The position numbers and the translations under genes were made by a program. The notes under the pieces are model-generated. The model saw nothing but the letters and a program-made list of their open reading frames with translations. It ran no database searches and was not told the origin of the DNA. Below, one piece after another: positions 45,960-55,360 of a stretch of DNA of 64,000 nt. Location: positions 70,096 to 134,095 of the forward strand of contig CAZXJO010000002.1 of the NCBI GenBank assembly GCA_964641155.1, given 5' to 3'. The number at the start of each line of letters is the position of its first letter. The first letter of the stretch is position 1. This stretch comes from an uncultured Desulfurococcaceae archaeon (lineage in GTDB: Archaea > Thermoproteota > Thermoprotei_A > Sulfolobales > NBVN01).

Positions 45960-46961
45960 ATGGAAGTGAGGTCTGAGTTACGCACACTTCAAAAGGTTGG
46001 AAGTTCCCTAGCTATTTACATACCCAAAGAATGGTGTGAATCTAATAAACTTACGAAGGGTTCAAAGGTTACTTTAAGGTACACCGATAATTTCCTCTGT
46101 ATCGACCTCGAAGAAGTAGGTAATAGGAAAAGCAAGGTTGTGACGTTCGACATTACCCCCTTACCTGAGGACGAGTTAAAGTACCTGATCGTGTCCCTTT
46201 ACGTCATAGGTTACCATCGGGTAAAACTCGTTTCGCATAAGAAGATAAGCCTACCCTTGAGGAGGTTCATACTTTCGGTACTGCGTTATACGCCTAAATA
46301 TAGCGTAGTTGAGGAAGGAGAGAACTACATGGTTATCGAGGAGATTGGAGGGGTTGAGGACATTCTAGAGGCATTGAAAAGAGAATTCAACTCTGTGACC
46401 ACAGTATTTAAGTACACGATAGAGGCGTTCGAGGGCGACCATAAAACATTGAGCGACTACTACGAATCGATAAATGAGCTTGACGATGAAGTCGATAAAG
46501 CCCAGGTCGAAGTGGAGAGAGCTGCGTATAAGCTGATCGAAAGACCCCTCACAAGTATGGGGAAGGTCAGATACATTATTTCAGCAGCCGTCATCTCAAC
46601 ACTTCTTGAAAGATTATCAGACCATCTGGTGTTGCTGGTGAAAGAGGTCTCCGATGGGTTCGCCAACACTCAGAAAATTCTGACCTATCTTCAGGAATTT
46701 AACAACGTTTATAAAACGGTCTTGAAAGTAGTAGAGAAAATCACTGAAAACGGATACGATGCGAGCAACATCCAAAACACTTTAAGCTCCTTAATCCAGA
46801 TCATTGAAAGGAAGCGAGCTGTCAGGGAGAGCATAAGCAAAGCGATTTATGGGAAAGGTTATGAAGTGATAACATATCACGTTATCAGGATCTACGGGAT
46901 CATTGCAGACATAGCTGAAGTATTAGTCAACTTATTGATGAGTATTTACTCACCCAGGTGA
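45960..46961 (+). CDS. AbrB/SpoVT-domain plus PhoU-like-domain regulator
   Basis: The N-terminal LQKVGSSLAIYIPKEWCESNKLTKGSKVTL is a swapped-hairpin AbrB motif. The C-terminal ~200 aa are helical repeats resembling PhoU. Confidence 0.6.
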   Translation: MEVRSELRTLQKVGSSLAIYIPKEWCESNKLTKGSKVTLRYTDNFLCIDLEEVGNRKSKVVTFDITPLPEDELKYLIVSLYVIGYHRVKLVSHKKISLPLRRFILSVLRYTPKYSVVEEGENYMVIEEIGGVEDILEALKREFNSVTTVFKYTIEAFEGDHKTLSDYYESINELDDEVDKAQVEVERAAYKLIERPLTSMGKVRYIISAAVISTLLERLSDHLVLLVKEVSDGFANTQKILTYLQEFNNVYKTVLKVVEKITENGYDASNIQNTLSSLIQIIERKRAVRESISKAIYGKGYEVITYHVIRIYGIIADIAEVLVNLLMSIYSPR

Positions 46962-46966
46962 TTACA

Positions 46967-47189
46967 GTTCTGGTCTAGCATTTACTTCCATCCCTTCTTC
47001 ATTTCATGGGACGACCTCCGCCGTGAACTGGTTAGGACGGCGCATCCATCCAGTACTTATCGAATCCACCCGCGTCCGTTCGTGCTTAGCTCCCCTACAT
47101 CTCGGGCATAGGTCCGAGGCACCCCCAAGAGCAACCATCACCGCGGCAGTAAACAAATTTTACGGCATAAAACAGCTTCATAGCCACTC
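46967..47189 (-). repeat. Dispersed noncoding repeat family, copy D
   Basis: The reverse complement reads GAAGCTGTTTTATGCCGTAAAATTTGTTTAC...GGGGTGCCTCGGACCTATGCC...CCAGTTCACGGCGGAGGTCGTCCCATGAAATGAAGAAGGGATGGAAGTAAATGCTAGACCAGAAC. It begins 6 nt after the stop of the AbrB-PhoU-like gene. Confidence 0.7.
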
Positions 47190-47387
47190 GACAGCCACTG
47201 TTGATTGAGTAGGGTCTGTGAAGGGACAAGGTTTCGAGATCTAAGATTCCTAGGAATGGGGCTGGGCGGGGTGATTGAGGATGTTGATATATTTAAAATA
47301 TTTTTGTAAATTTTTCCATATGTTGAATATATATAACTATATATAAGCTTAAATACCATACTGATAAAAATATTATTGGGTGGTGGA

Positions 47388-47474
47388 ATGGCTATGAAGT
47401 GGGCAATTGGAGTGGTAGTGGCGTCTGAAATAGTGGCTGCGATATCTCTTATCTTGCTAGGCCTCGTTAACTAA
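47388..47474 (+). CDS. Candidate 28-aa hydrophobic micropeptide
   Basis: MAMKWAIGVVVASEIVAAISLILLGLVN forms a single TM-like helix. It is preceded by GGTGG 5 nt upstream and a ~150-nt AT-rich TATA-laden stretch. The evidence is purely sequence-based, with no family recognised. Confidence 0.25.
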   Translation: MAMKWAIGVVVASEIVAAISLILLGLVN

Positions 47475-47556
47475 GATATTTTTTACATACCTTTTAAAGG
47501 GGCAGCCATTAAGGAACTAGGGCCCTGGTCGTTCATCGTGCTTCTTAAAGTTTGTT

Positions 47557-48450
47557 TCACAGTCTATGTGATAACCCGACCAGGTCTCTAAGACTTTTCA
47601 CCCCCACTTCAATCATATACTCCTTAATGGATTTGACTATGTCCTTAATTATTGTGGGTGGGTTGTTGATTAGTGCTGATACGATTTGAACTGCTTTAGC
47701 ACCCGCTAATATGAGCTCTAAGGCCGTCTCATGGTTGAAGACCCCTCCAACACCGACAATATCACACCTAAATTCCTTGAACACCTCGAAAACCGCTCTG
47801 ACAGCCACGGGGTGGAGTGCTTGTCCTGAAAGGCCCCCGATGCTCGCCGTAAGTATGGGCCTCCCTGAATATACGTCTATCTTCATACCCCTTAAGGTGT
47901 TGGTGAGGACTAAGGCGCTTGCACCTCCTTCCAAGCACTTACCCGAAACCTCGACCACGTTGTCCCAGGGCCCCAGTTTAACCCAAGTAGGGATCTTAAT
48001 GACTGAGCTCACAGACCTTACAACCTCGTAAGTTGTCAGTGGATCCCTACCTAGCTCAGCCCCCAAGCCTTTAACGTGCGGGCAGCTGAGATTTAACTCC
48101 ACGGAAAATCCCCCAGCCTCCTCAGCAATGATTGCTAGTTCCGAGAACTCCTCAACACTGCTGCCCGCTATGCTGACTATGACTGGTGTGCTATGCTTAA
48201 AACCTGCGTCAACTAACTCCTTGGCCTTATCGATGCCTGGGTTAGACAGTCCGACCGCGTTTAGATAGGAGTTACAGCCCAACTCGACGATTATAGGTGG
48301 CAGGTAACCCTCCCGCGCCTTCTTAGTCAGCGTCTTAGTCACTACGGCTGCCGGCTCGCCTTCCCTAATTAACCTCTCAATCAGTTCGGGCTTATCACCC
48401 AGGAAGCCCGAACCAACCATGACCGGGTGTTTGAGCCTTAAACCACCCAC
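47557..48450 (-). CDS. pyrD: Dihydroorotate dehydrogenase, class 1B catalytic subunit
   Basis: GLSNPG and the active-site Cys context NLSCPH. It pairs with the pyrK electron-transfer subunit in the same operon. Confidence 0.9.
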   Translation of the reverse strand: MGGLRLKHPVMVGSGFLGDKPELIERLIREGEPAAVVTKTLTKKAREGYLPPIIVELGCNSYLNAVGLSNPGIDKAKELVDAGFKHSTPVIVSIAGSSVEEFSELAIIAEEAGGFSVELNLSCPHVKGLGAELGRDPLTTYEVVRSVSSVIKIPTWVKLGPWDNVVEVSGKCLEGGASALVLTNTLRGMKIDVYSGRPILTASIGGLSGQALHPVAVRAVFEVFKEFRCDIVGVGGVFNHETALELILAGAKAVQIVSALINNPPTIIKDIVKSIKEYMIEVGVKSLRDLVGLSHRL

Positions 48451-48457
48451 TGAGGTC

Positions 48458-49774
48458 TCAACTATGACATCCCCTACCGACGACCATCACCTCCGGCCTA
48501 CTAATAACCTCACCGGAGTCGTAGACCACCTCACCACCGACCACCGTCTTAACCACCTCCCCCCTGTACTTAAATCCATCCAATCCAGATTTAGATGCCT
48601 TAGTGAACCTCACCCCGGCAATCCCTTCCTTACTCAAATCAACTACGGTGAAAGACGCCCTACGACCCGCATCAATGTTTCCGAGGAAGTTCTCAATGCC
48701 TAAGATCTTGGCAGGCCCCCTACATAGATACTTAATCATTAGCTGGTACGGTATGAGGCCCTTAGTGAATAAGGTTAGCATGATCCTACTGGTAACCTCA
48801 ATTCCTGCAAAACCGGAAGGACATAGACGCCAATCACTCGTCTTCTCCTCATACGCGTGAGGGGCGTGATCGCTTACCACGGCGTCGTAAAGACCCTCGA
48901 TGAGGTTCTTCGCTATTAAGGACTTACTGATTAGGTCGTTGATCGGTGGGTTAACCTTCCTCCAGCAATCTCCAACGTCCTCACTGCTTAACATGAAGTA
49001 ATAAGGTGTGGTGTCGACCGTGAACCCCAATGACTTACATCTCGTAGGGGTTGATGGATGCACTGAATGGGTGATGTGCAACTCAGCCCTCCCTTTCATA
49101 CCTTGTAAGAGATCTATGACACTTAATTCGTTCCATGAAGGCATGTCTAAGTATCTGAGGCATATCTCACGTGTAGAGCCGCGTAACGCGTACTCAGGTA
49201 ACTCGGCATGAACCACCACCAAACCATCGTATATATGGAGTATGTAGTTAATTACGTCCAACCTGTCATTAAGGTCTTCAGGGTAAATCTTAAACCCCAT
49301 GAAGAGGTGTTGATTCTTAATTAACTCGTCAACAACCCCGAGATTGTCGGGGATGCCGCAGTAGGTGGCGTAGTCCACATATGACTTACTCCTCGCTAGT
49401 TCAGCCCTCTTAGCTAGGAGCTCAACATCACGTATGTAGGGGTTGGTGTTAGGCATATCCGCAACTAAGACATACCCTGATGAAACAGCTGCTCGTGTCC
49501 CGCTCTCCATAGTCTCCTTATAGCCGTAGTTGTAGTCCCTCATATGGACGTGGAGGTCTATGAAGCCCGGAAACGTAATCAACCCGTCCTCAGTTAAGTC
49601 AATAACCTCACACCCACTGGTACTTAGCTCCTTTCCCAAGGAAACCTTTCTTATAAAGCCCGACCCATCCACATATACGGTTAGTTCGGAGGGGGAGCCC
49701 CCAACAAAAGTCCTTATGTAGAACACCTTGCACGGATCTTTCAACCGATTGAACACCCAAAGTAAAGCGTACAT
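48458..49774 (-). CDS. pyrC: Dihydroorotase
   Basis: PGFIDLHVHMRD metal motif, ADMPNTNP, and a late DHAPH motif. It sits in the pyr operon. Confidence 0.85.
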   Translation of the reverse strand: MYALLWVFNRLKDPCKVFYIRTFVGGSPSELTVYVDGSGFIRKVSLGKELSTSGCEVIDLTEDGLITFPGFIDLHVHMRDYNYGYKETMESGTRAAVSSGYVLVADMPNTNPYIRDVELLAKRAELARSKSYVDYATYCGIPDNLGVVDELIKNQHLFMGFKIYPEDLNDRLDVINYILHIYDGLVVVHAELPEYALRGSTREICLRYLDMPSWNELSVIDLLQGMKGRAELHITHSVHPSTPTRCKSLGFTVDTTPYYFMLSSEDVGDCWRKVNPPINDLISKSLIAKNLIEGLYDAVVSDHAPHAYEEKTSDWRLCPSGFAGIEVTSRIMLTLFTKGLIPYQLMIKYLCRGPAKILGIENFLGNIDAGRRASFTVVDLSKEGIAGVRFTKASKSGLDGFKYRGEVVKTVVGGEVVYDSGEVISRPEVMVVGRGCHS

Positions 49775-49805
49775 GTCAAACTAATAAATCCGTTACCGTG
49801 GCCCG

Positions 49806-50543
49806 TCATGAAATCAGTCGCCTATATGAAACCACGTCAACTAAGGTACCATCCCTACATACTACGAAGTCCTTCAACGCGCATGAACCGCAGAACCCGA
49901 TCCCGCACTTCATTAAAGACTCCGTCAACAAGTAACCCCTAACGTGATCAGGTATGAGGACCGCCGCTTGGTCCAGTACTGCCTTAGGACCTGAGACAAT
50001 GCAGTAGTCGTACTTCGCACCACTCCTTAACTCCTTCCTTAAAAGGTCGATCACTGTGCCACCACCCGTTAAGTCCTCACTAATTAGCTCAACGTCCAGA
50101 TACTTGATCAACTCATCAACAACTGGGAGCTCATCTTTGCTCGCGAACCCTGCAAGGAGTTTGGAGCCCGTTAAAAGCTTACTATATGATTTAATAATGT
50201 ACGATATTGGGGCGATACCTATTCCCCCAGCCACCAGCAGACCCCTCCCGCAGACCATGTCCTCGGTGATCCCCTTACCTAAGGGGCCCCTAACACCTAA
50301 GTAGCTGCCGAGGGGTAACTCATTAACTAGGTAGTTAGTTGTCGCTCCTCTCACTTTAACCGTAATCCTGATGATGCCCGCAGAATAATCGCTGACACTC
50401 ATAGGTATCTCCTCAAGGCCAGGCACCCAAACCATCACGAACTGACCTGGGACCGGTCTCTTAAACTCCCGTAATGGCTTCAAGTATATGTGCGCTATGC
50501 CCTTAGCAACTAAATCTTTTCCGACGACCTTAGACGGATTCAT
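49806..50543 (-). CDS. pyrK: Dihydroorotate dehydrogenase electron-transfer subunit
   Basis: Ferredoxin-reductase-like fold (LLVAGGIGIAP) with a C-terminal 2Fe-2S motif, CGIGFCGSCA...C. Confidence 0.85.
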   Translation of the reverse strand: MNPSKVVGKDLVAKGIAHIYLKPLREFKRPVPGQFVMVWVPGLEEIPMSVSDYSAGIIRITVKVRGATTNYLVNELPLGSYLGVRGPLGKGITEDMVCGRGLLVAGGIGIAPISYIIKSYSKLLTGSKLLAGFASKDELPVVDELIKYLDVELISEDLTGGGTVIDLLRKELRSGAKYDYCIVSGPKAVLDQAAVLIPDHVRGYLLTESLMKCGIGFCGSCALKDFVVCRDGTLVDVVSYRRLIS

Positions 50544-51136
50544 TTAGAACCTCTCAAGTAGTTCATCACAGAATCGTAAGTGCTTTGGTCTAAGACCCCG
50601 TACTTCTTTAACACGGTGAATATCTGCGAGGTCTTAATTAAGGATATAATCGGAACTCCCAACTGCCTCACAGCGGCCTCAGCACCCTCTTCACGGTCCA
50701 GGATCACTGAGAACGCCGTAACGTCCACACCCTCCTCAATTAGTAAGTTGTAGGCCCTCACCAAGGTACCTCCCGTGGTTGCGACATCATCAACCACTAA
50801 GACCTTAAGACCTTTTAAGGAACCCTCAACCAACCTACCCGTGCCGTGGTCCTTCCTCTCAGCCCTAACATAACCTATTGGCTTCTTAGTTACGTATCCT
50901 AAAACAGCTGCATGCACTATGCCTGCAGAGGCGATGCCCACCACGCCATCGAAGCTTACCCCATACCTCTGCAGTGTTTGAAGCCAGAGATCAATTAACT
51001 TGGAGTAGACTTCGGGATATGAGGGCAGGGTTCTGAAGTCGAAGTAGTACGGGCTCCTCCTACCTGATGCTAGTGTGAAGTCACCGAACTTAATGACACC
51101 GACCTTGTAGAGGCTTAGAATCAGTTCTTCAAGCAT
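50540..51136 (-). CDS. pyrE: Orotate phosphoribosyltransferase
   Basis: The PRPP-binding motif is VLVVDDVATTGGT. It has 4-nt overlaps with its neighbours. Confidence 0.9.
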   Translation of the reverse strand: MLEELILSLYKVGVIKFGDFTLASGRRSPYYFDFRTLPSYPEVYSKLIDLWLQTLQRYGVSFDGVVGIASAGIVHAAVLGYVTKKPIGYVRAERKDHGTGRLVEGSLKGLKVLVVDDVATTGGTLVRAYNLLIEEGVDVTAFSVILDREEGAEAAVRQLGVPIISLIKTSQIFTVLKKYGVLDQSTYDSVMNYLRGSK

Positions 51137-51857
51137 GCTGCCACCACGTACAGTTATGACTCCTCAAGTATTCTGCCTGAGCCCTAACAACTCGTGCAGC
51201 AGCTTTAACGGGGTCGGCTGCCTTAGTGATTGCCCTACCAACTATTTCGAAATCCGCCCCCGCGCACAGCGCTGACCCGAACTCCGCTCCCTGAACTCCT
51301 ACGCCCGGAGATATTATCAAGTATGTTCCTCCCAAACGTTGCCTAACATGCTTAATAACTTCAGGCCTGGTGGCAGGTGCTACCACACCGGTCGGCCTCA
51401 AAATCTCGACCAGGGCTAAGACCCTGTCCATGTTCAAATCGTAAATTTCCGAACTCCCTGGATGTGACATGGAGACCAACACGTACAGGTCTACGCCCAG
51501 ATCGATGCATAACTTTGAAAGACCCTCCAAACCCCCTTCACGGCCTATAAACCCGTGAGCTATCACGCCATCAAAACCCGCCGCCTTAACTATCTTGGTG
51601 GTTAAGCCCATAACGACGTCTACGTCAGCTAGTTTTAAATCAGCTATGAAGTAAACGTCATCAAACCCCCTAATGATACCTTTGACGTTGTCTAAACCGT
51701 AGCTGAGGAGGTAGGGCACACCGACTTTATAACCGGCTACTAATTCCTTGGTGTTAAGTATTAACGACTCGAAGCCCTTCAAACTCGTTGAGGGGTCGTC
51801 GACGGCTATTAAGACCCTACCCCTACCGCTTGTAACCCTCCCTACCAGCTTGCTCAA
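51129..51857 (-). CDS. pyrF: Orotidine 5'-phosphate decarboxylase
   Basis: LIAVDD, and IADLKLADV with the catalytic DxKxxD context. It is the first gene of the minus-strand pyr operon. Confidence 0.85.
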   Translation of the reverse strand: MSKLVGRVTSGRGRVLIAVDDPSTSLKGFESLILNTKELVAGYKVGVPYLLSYGLDNVKGIIRGFDDVYFIADLKLADVDVVMGLTTKIVKAAGFDGVIAHGFIGREGGLEGLSKLCIDLGVDLYVLVSMSHPGSSEIYDLNMDRVLALVEILRPTGVVAPATRPEVIKHVRQRLGGTYLIISPGVGVQGAEFGSALCAGADFEIVGRAITKAADPVKAAARVVRAQAEYLRSHNCTWWQHA

Positions 51858-51885
51858 TGGACCCGCCGAATATTGATGTACTTAA

Positions 51886-51899
51886 ACTTATAAAAATTT
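51886..51899 (+). promoter_or_regulatory. TATA box candidate in the 78-nt divergent pyrF / pyrB intergenic region
   Basis: ACTTATAAAAATTT lies about 40 nt upstream of the pyrB ATG (51936), followed by GGAGGG 8 nt before the ATG. Confidence 0.4.
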
Positions 51900-51935
51900 G
51901 CCCCACCTTATTACAAGGAGTCGGAGGGTGTTGTC

Positions 51936-52868
51936 ATGGGTAGCGAGTTTTCGAGGTTCGAAGGCAGGGACGTGACCTCGGTTCTTGATTTCAGTAAGGA
52001 GGACTTCGAAACAATATTCAGATTAGCTGATGAATACCTCACCAACGGTTATAGGGAGGTGCTAAGGGGGAAGGTGATGGCTTCAGCCTTCTTCGAGCCC
52101 AGCACACGTACTAGGCTTTCGTTCGAATCCGCCATGCATAGGTTGGGGGGCTCAGTCATAGGCTTTTCAAGCGAGGAGGCTACATCCGTTGCTAAGGGTG
52201 AGAAATTCGTGGACACCATTAAGATGCTCGACTCGTACTCAGATGTCATAGTTATCAGACATAGGTATGAAGGCTCAGCTAAGCTAGCCTCTGAGGTCGC
52301 TGAGCACCCAGTCATCAACGCTGGCGATGGGAGGAATGAGCACCCGACACAGGCAATGTTAGACATCTACACCATAAGTAAGCTAAGAGGAAGCTTGAGT
52401 AACTTAACCATAGGTGTCATGGGTGATTTAAAGTACGCCAGAGTAGTCAATTCATTCCTTTACGCGTTAACAATATTTAAGCCTAAGAAGGTGTACCTGA
52501 TTTCACACCCACTGCTTAAGTTGAGGGAGGAGGCTAAGAACTTCATAGCTTCTCAAGGACTTAGCTTCGAAGAAGTAAGCGACATTAACTTGGTCTTGGG
52601 GGAGTTGGATGTGCTTTACGTAACCAGGGTGCAGAAGGAGAGGTTCCCGGACCCGTTGGAGTATGAGAAGGTTAAGAACGCATACAAGCTCACAGCAGAG
52701 ATAGTTAAGAGGTGTAAGGATGACCTTATAGTACTGCACCCATTACCGAGAGTTGATGAACTTGAAAGATCTATTGATAATACCAAGCATGCGGCTTACT
52801 TCATACAAGCATCATTAGGCGTTCCCTTAAGGGCTTCATTGCTATCGCTCATATTGGGGGGTGTGTGA
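51936..52868 (+). CDS. pyrB: Aspartate carbamoyltransferase catalytic subunit
   Basis: FFEPSTRTRLSFE, EHPTQAMLD, and VLHPLPRVDEL. Confidence 0.95.
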   Translation: MGSEFSRFEGRDVTSVLDFSKEDFETIFRLADEYLTNGYREVLRGKVMASAFFEPSTRTRLSFESAMHRLGGSVIGFSSEEATSVAKGEKFVDTIKMLDSYSDVIVIRHRYEGSAKLASEVAEHPVINAGDGRNEHPTQAMLDIYTISKLRGSLSNLTIGVMGDLKYARVVNSFLYALTIFKPKKVYLISHPLLKLREEAKNFIASQGLSFEEVSDINLVLGELDVLYVTRVQKERFPDPLEYEKVKNAYKLTAEIVKRCKDDLIVLHPLPRVDELERSIDNTKHAAYFIQASLGVPLRASLLSLILGGV

Positions 52869-53353
52869 AGGTGAGTGTTAGGGAGTTAATAGTCAGTAAA
52901 ATTAAGGATGGAACAGTCATAGACCACATACCTTCGGGCAAGGCATTGGATGTGCTGAAGGTGCTGGGGGTCTCAGGTAAGGAAAGTTTCAGGATAGCCA
53001 TAGTGATGAACGTTGAATCGTCCAAGTTGGTTAGGAAGGACATCGTCAAGATTGAAGGTAAGTTGCTGAGTAAGGATGAAACCGACATAATTGCGTTGAT
53101 AGCCCCCACAGCAACTATAAACATAATTAAGAACTTTGAAGTCGTTGAGAAGAGGAAGGTCACGCCCCCAAGATTCATCCCAGGGCTGTTCAAATGCCCT
53201 AACCTCACATGTATCACTAGACATGAAGGCATCGAAACCACTTTCGAAATAATCAGCACGGGCTTGAGGGCAAGATGCATTTACTGCGGAACGGAATTAC
53301 CTTACCAGGAATTTATTGAGTTAATATTGAAGCAGATAGGAAGTGTGACGTAA
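52865..53353 (+). CDS. pyrI: Aspartate carbamoyltransferase regulatory subunit
   Basis: KIKDGTVIDHI is followed by a C-terminal zinc domain, CPNLTCIT...RCIYCG. It overlaps pyrB by 4 nt. Confidence 0.9.
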   Translation: MKVSVRELIVSKIKDGTVIDHIPSGKALDVLKVLGVSGKESFRIAIVMNVESSKLVRKDIVKIEGKLLSKDETDIIALIAPTATINIIKNFEVVEKRKVTPPRFIPGLFKCPNLTCITRHEGIETTFEIISTGLRARCIYCGTELPYQEFIELILKQIGSVT

Positions 53354-53356
53354 GGA

Positions 53357-54103
53357 GTGATGGTTGAACGCAGGAAGCTTATGGACCTCTATGAGGTACG
53401 TAGCATACTATCCTACCCTAAATTCGTTCCTGAGCTAAGCTCGGTTAGGGTTAGGAGGCTAGTGGAGTTAGGTGTGGTCAGGGTCTACGACTACGGCCCT
53501 ACCTTAGTTGGCGGTATTAGGGTGTTGGGTAAGGGGCATTCATCAGTTGTTGTTTTAGCGAAGCACGAGAAGTTGGGCGACGTAGCCTTAAAAATTAGGA
53601 GGGTTGATTCGAAGAAGAACTCATTAGCTAAGGAAGGTTACTTGATGTCGCTAGATAAATTCAACGTGGTCCCAAAAGTCCACCACTTCGACGATGATTT
53701 AATAATCATGGAGTACTTAGAGGGAAGTACCTTGGGAAATTTCTTAAGGGGGACCCGCAGCCATGATGACCTGCTTAAAGTGTTCGCAAATACTCTCCAC
53801 GCAGCCCACCTGCTTGACTTGGACCTCATAGACCACCTAGAGCTTGCGAATCCCTATAAGCACGTGTTCGTGCTGGAGGACCTCAATGTAAAATTTTTGG
53901 ATTTCGAAAGTGCTAGGATCTCGGCCAAACCCTGCAACCTCTGCCGTATTATGTCCTTCTTGGTAAACTTCCTTAACTTAAGAGATGGAGAACGGTTCAG
54001 GGAACTACTTAAGAAGTACAAAAAGGGTTGTAAAGAGGCCTACCGCGAGCTCTTAACTGGGTTGGTGTCAAGTGGAGTTAGATCCTGCAACGTTAGCACT
54101 TAA
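53357..54103 (+). CDS. RIO/Bud32-like atypical protein kinase fold protein (COG2112-like)
   Basis: The glycine-loop-like LGKGHSSVVVLAK is followed by the lysine context VALKIRR, the catalytic-loop-like LIDHLELANPYKHVFV, and the DFG-like FLDFESA. GTG start 3 nt after the pyrI stop. Confidence 0.6.
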   Translation: MMVERRKLMDLYEVRSILSYPKFVPELSSVRVRRLVELGVVRVYDYGPTLVGGIRVLGKGHSSVVVLAKHEKLGDVALKIRRVDSKKNSLAKEGYLMSLDKFNVVPKVHHFDDDLIIMEYLEGSTLGNFLRGTRSHDDLLKVFANTLHAAHLLDLDLIDHLELANPYKHVFVLEDLNVKFLDFESARISAKPCNLCRIMSFLVNFLNLRDGERFRELLKKYKKGCKEAYRELLTGLVSSGVRSCNVST

Positions 54104-55012
54104 GTTATTACCTCCTGGTCTGGCGAAGACGTTCATGTAGAGCTTCTTCACATCTTCCTTAAGTAGGTGTAGGTATATCTGGGTTGTCTTAATGTCCCTA
54201 TGCCCTAAAATCCTTTGAAGCGCGGGTAGGGCTAGGCCACGCTTCAAGGCCTCAGTAGCGAACGTGTGTCTAAGTACGTGTGGCCTCACCTTCTTAGGGT
54301 CTACCCCAGCTATCTTAGCCAAAGTCTTCAGCCTCTTGTAGAGCCCTGAATAGGTCAGAGGTATTAACTTATCCCCGTTGTAGGCCTCTAAATATTTATT
54401 CAACACCTCCTCCGTTAAGGGCCCTATGAAGACCACCCTTTCCTCGCCGTACTTTCCAAGCCTGACGTATATCTCCTTGTTCACTAGGTCGACGTCATTA
54501 ACGGTCAGTGAGAGGAGTTCCTGGGCTCGCAGACCTGTTTCAATTAGGAGACATATGATGAGGAGGTCCATCACGTCCCTGGAAGCGTTCAATAATCTAA
54601 CAACTTCGTTCTCCGTTAATGTGGCCACTACTCTCCTCCTAGGCGCTTTTACAACACTGACCTCATCCTTGAAACCCAGCCACTTCAGGAAGGCCCTCAC
54701 GTAGAGTGAGTAGTAATGAAGCGTGAGTTGGGTAGCTTTAGAATCCCCCTTAACGCTCTTACTGAAGCCGCTCTTCAACCTGGCTAACCTCCACCTGATG
54801 ACATCGTTCACGTTCAACTCCTTAACACGTTCCTTACCGCAGAACTTTAAGAAGTCTGAAACACCAACCTTGTAAGACCTGATGGTCTTCTCTGAGGCTC
54901 CGGAGGATCTGAGATTGAGTAGGAACTCCTCTAAAGCATCCCAAACACTCAACTCCGGAATACCTTCAGGCGGTGGCGGCAGTTGGTACCTAGTCAAGTG
55001 ACTCCCTGGCAT
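54068..55012 (-). CDS. xerA: XerA-type tyrosine recombinase
   Basis: ETGLRAQEL (Arg I), HVLRHTFAT, and LGHRDIKTTQIYLH (catalytic Tyr). Its 3' end overlaps the convergent kinase-like gene by 36 nt. Confidence 0.9.
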   Translation of the reverse strand: MPGSHLTRYQLPPPPEGIPELSVWDALEEFLLNLRSSGASEKTIRSYKVGVSDFLKFCGKERVKELNVNDVIRWRLARLKSGFSKSVKGDSKATQLTLHYYSLYVRAFLKWLGFKDEVSVVKAPRRRVVATLTENEVVRLLNASRDVMDLLIICLLIETGLRAQELLSLTVNDVDLVNKEIYVRLGKYGEERVVFIGPLTEEVLNKYLEAYNGDKLIPLTYSGLYKRLKTLAKIAGVDPKKVRPHVLRHTFATEALKRGLALPALQRILGHRDIKTTQIYLHLLKEDVKKLYMNVFARPGGNNLSANVAGSNST

Positions 55013-55360
55013 TAGAGCTTCATATTAGATTTAATTTAAGGACTTGGCTTCCCAATTCAACGAAGCTTCGATGACCATTACTACTAGGTGGGTTAGGACC
55101 GCTAAACAATGAAGAGGTTAAGGCTACCCCTTCAGTGTAGGCCTAGTGATTGAGGCAGAGCTGTTAACTATGGTGGAGTTATTCATAGCCGGGCTGAGCG
55201 CAGGTATTATCGGGGTTCCGCCCAGGCAATGGATGTCCTTTAAGCTACTTGGCCCTACGTCAGTGGATTCGGTCACAACTTCTTATGTCCATGGATATTG
55301 GATTAACTTTCCTGCTTCCTTGATAATAAATTTATTAATTCATTGATTAATAGGTAATCT

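Noticed and set aside
46990-47030. 12-nt identity between repeat copy D (CTGGTTAGGACG within GCCG-TGAACTGGTTAGGA-CGGC) and the D-arm of tRNA-Val, suggesting a tRNA-derived SINE-like origin
   Set aside because: The match is absent from the other repeat copies. The remainder of the element cannot be folded into a cloverleaf, because the T-loop-like ATCGAATCC has no stem. It is probably coincidental.
47230-47390. Replication origin (an AT-rich unwinding element)
   Set aside because: I found no flanking ORB or mini-ORB inverted repeats, and no orc1/cdc6 gene is nearby. AT-richness alone fits a promoter.
55150-55360. TPP riboswitch upstream of thi4
   Set aside because: Only a GCTGAG fragment resembles the THI-box. 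The ACCTGAT...GG.TAAT.CC.GCG half is missing and no P1-P5 helices can be drawn. The ORF 55146-55346 in this spacer also lacks any support.
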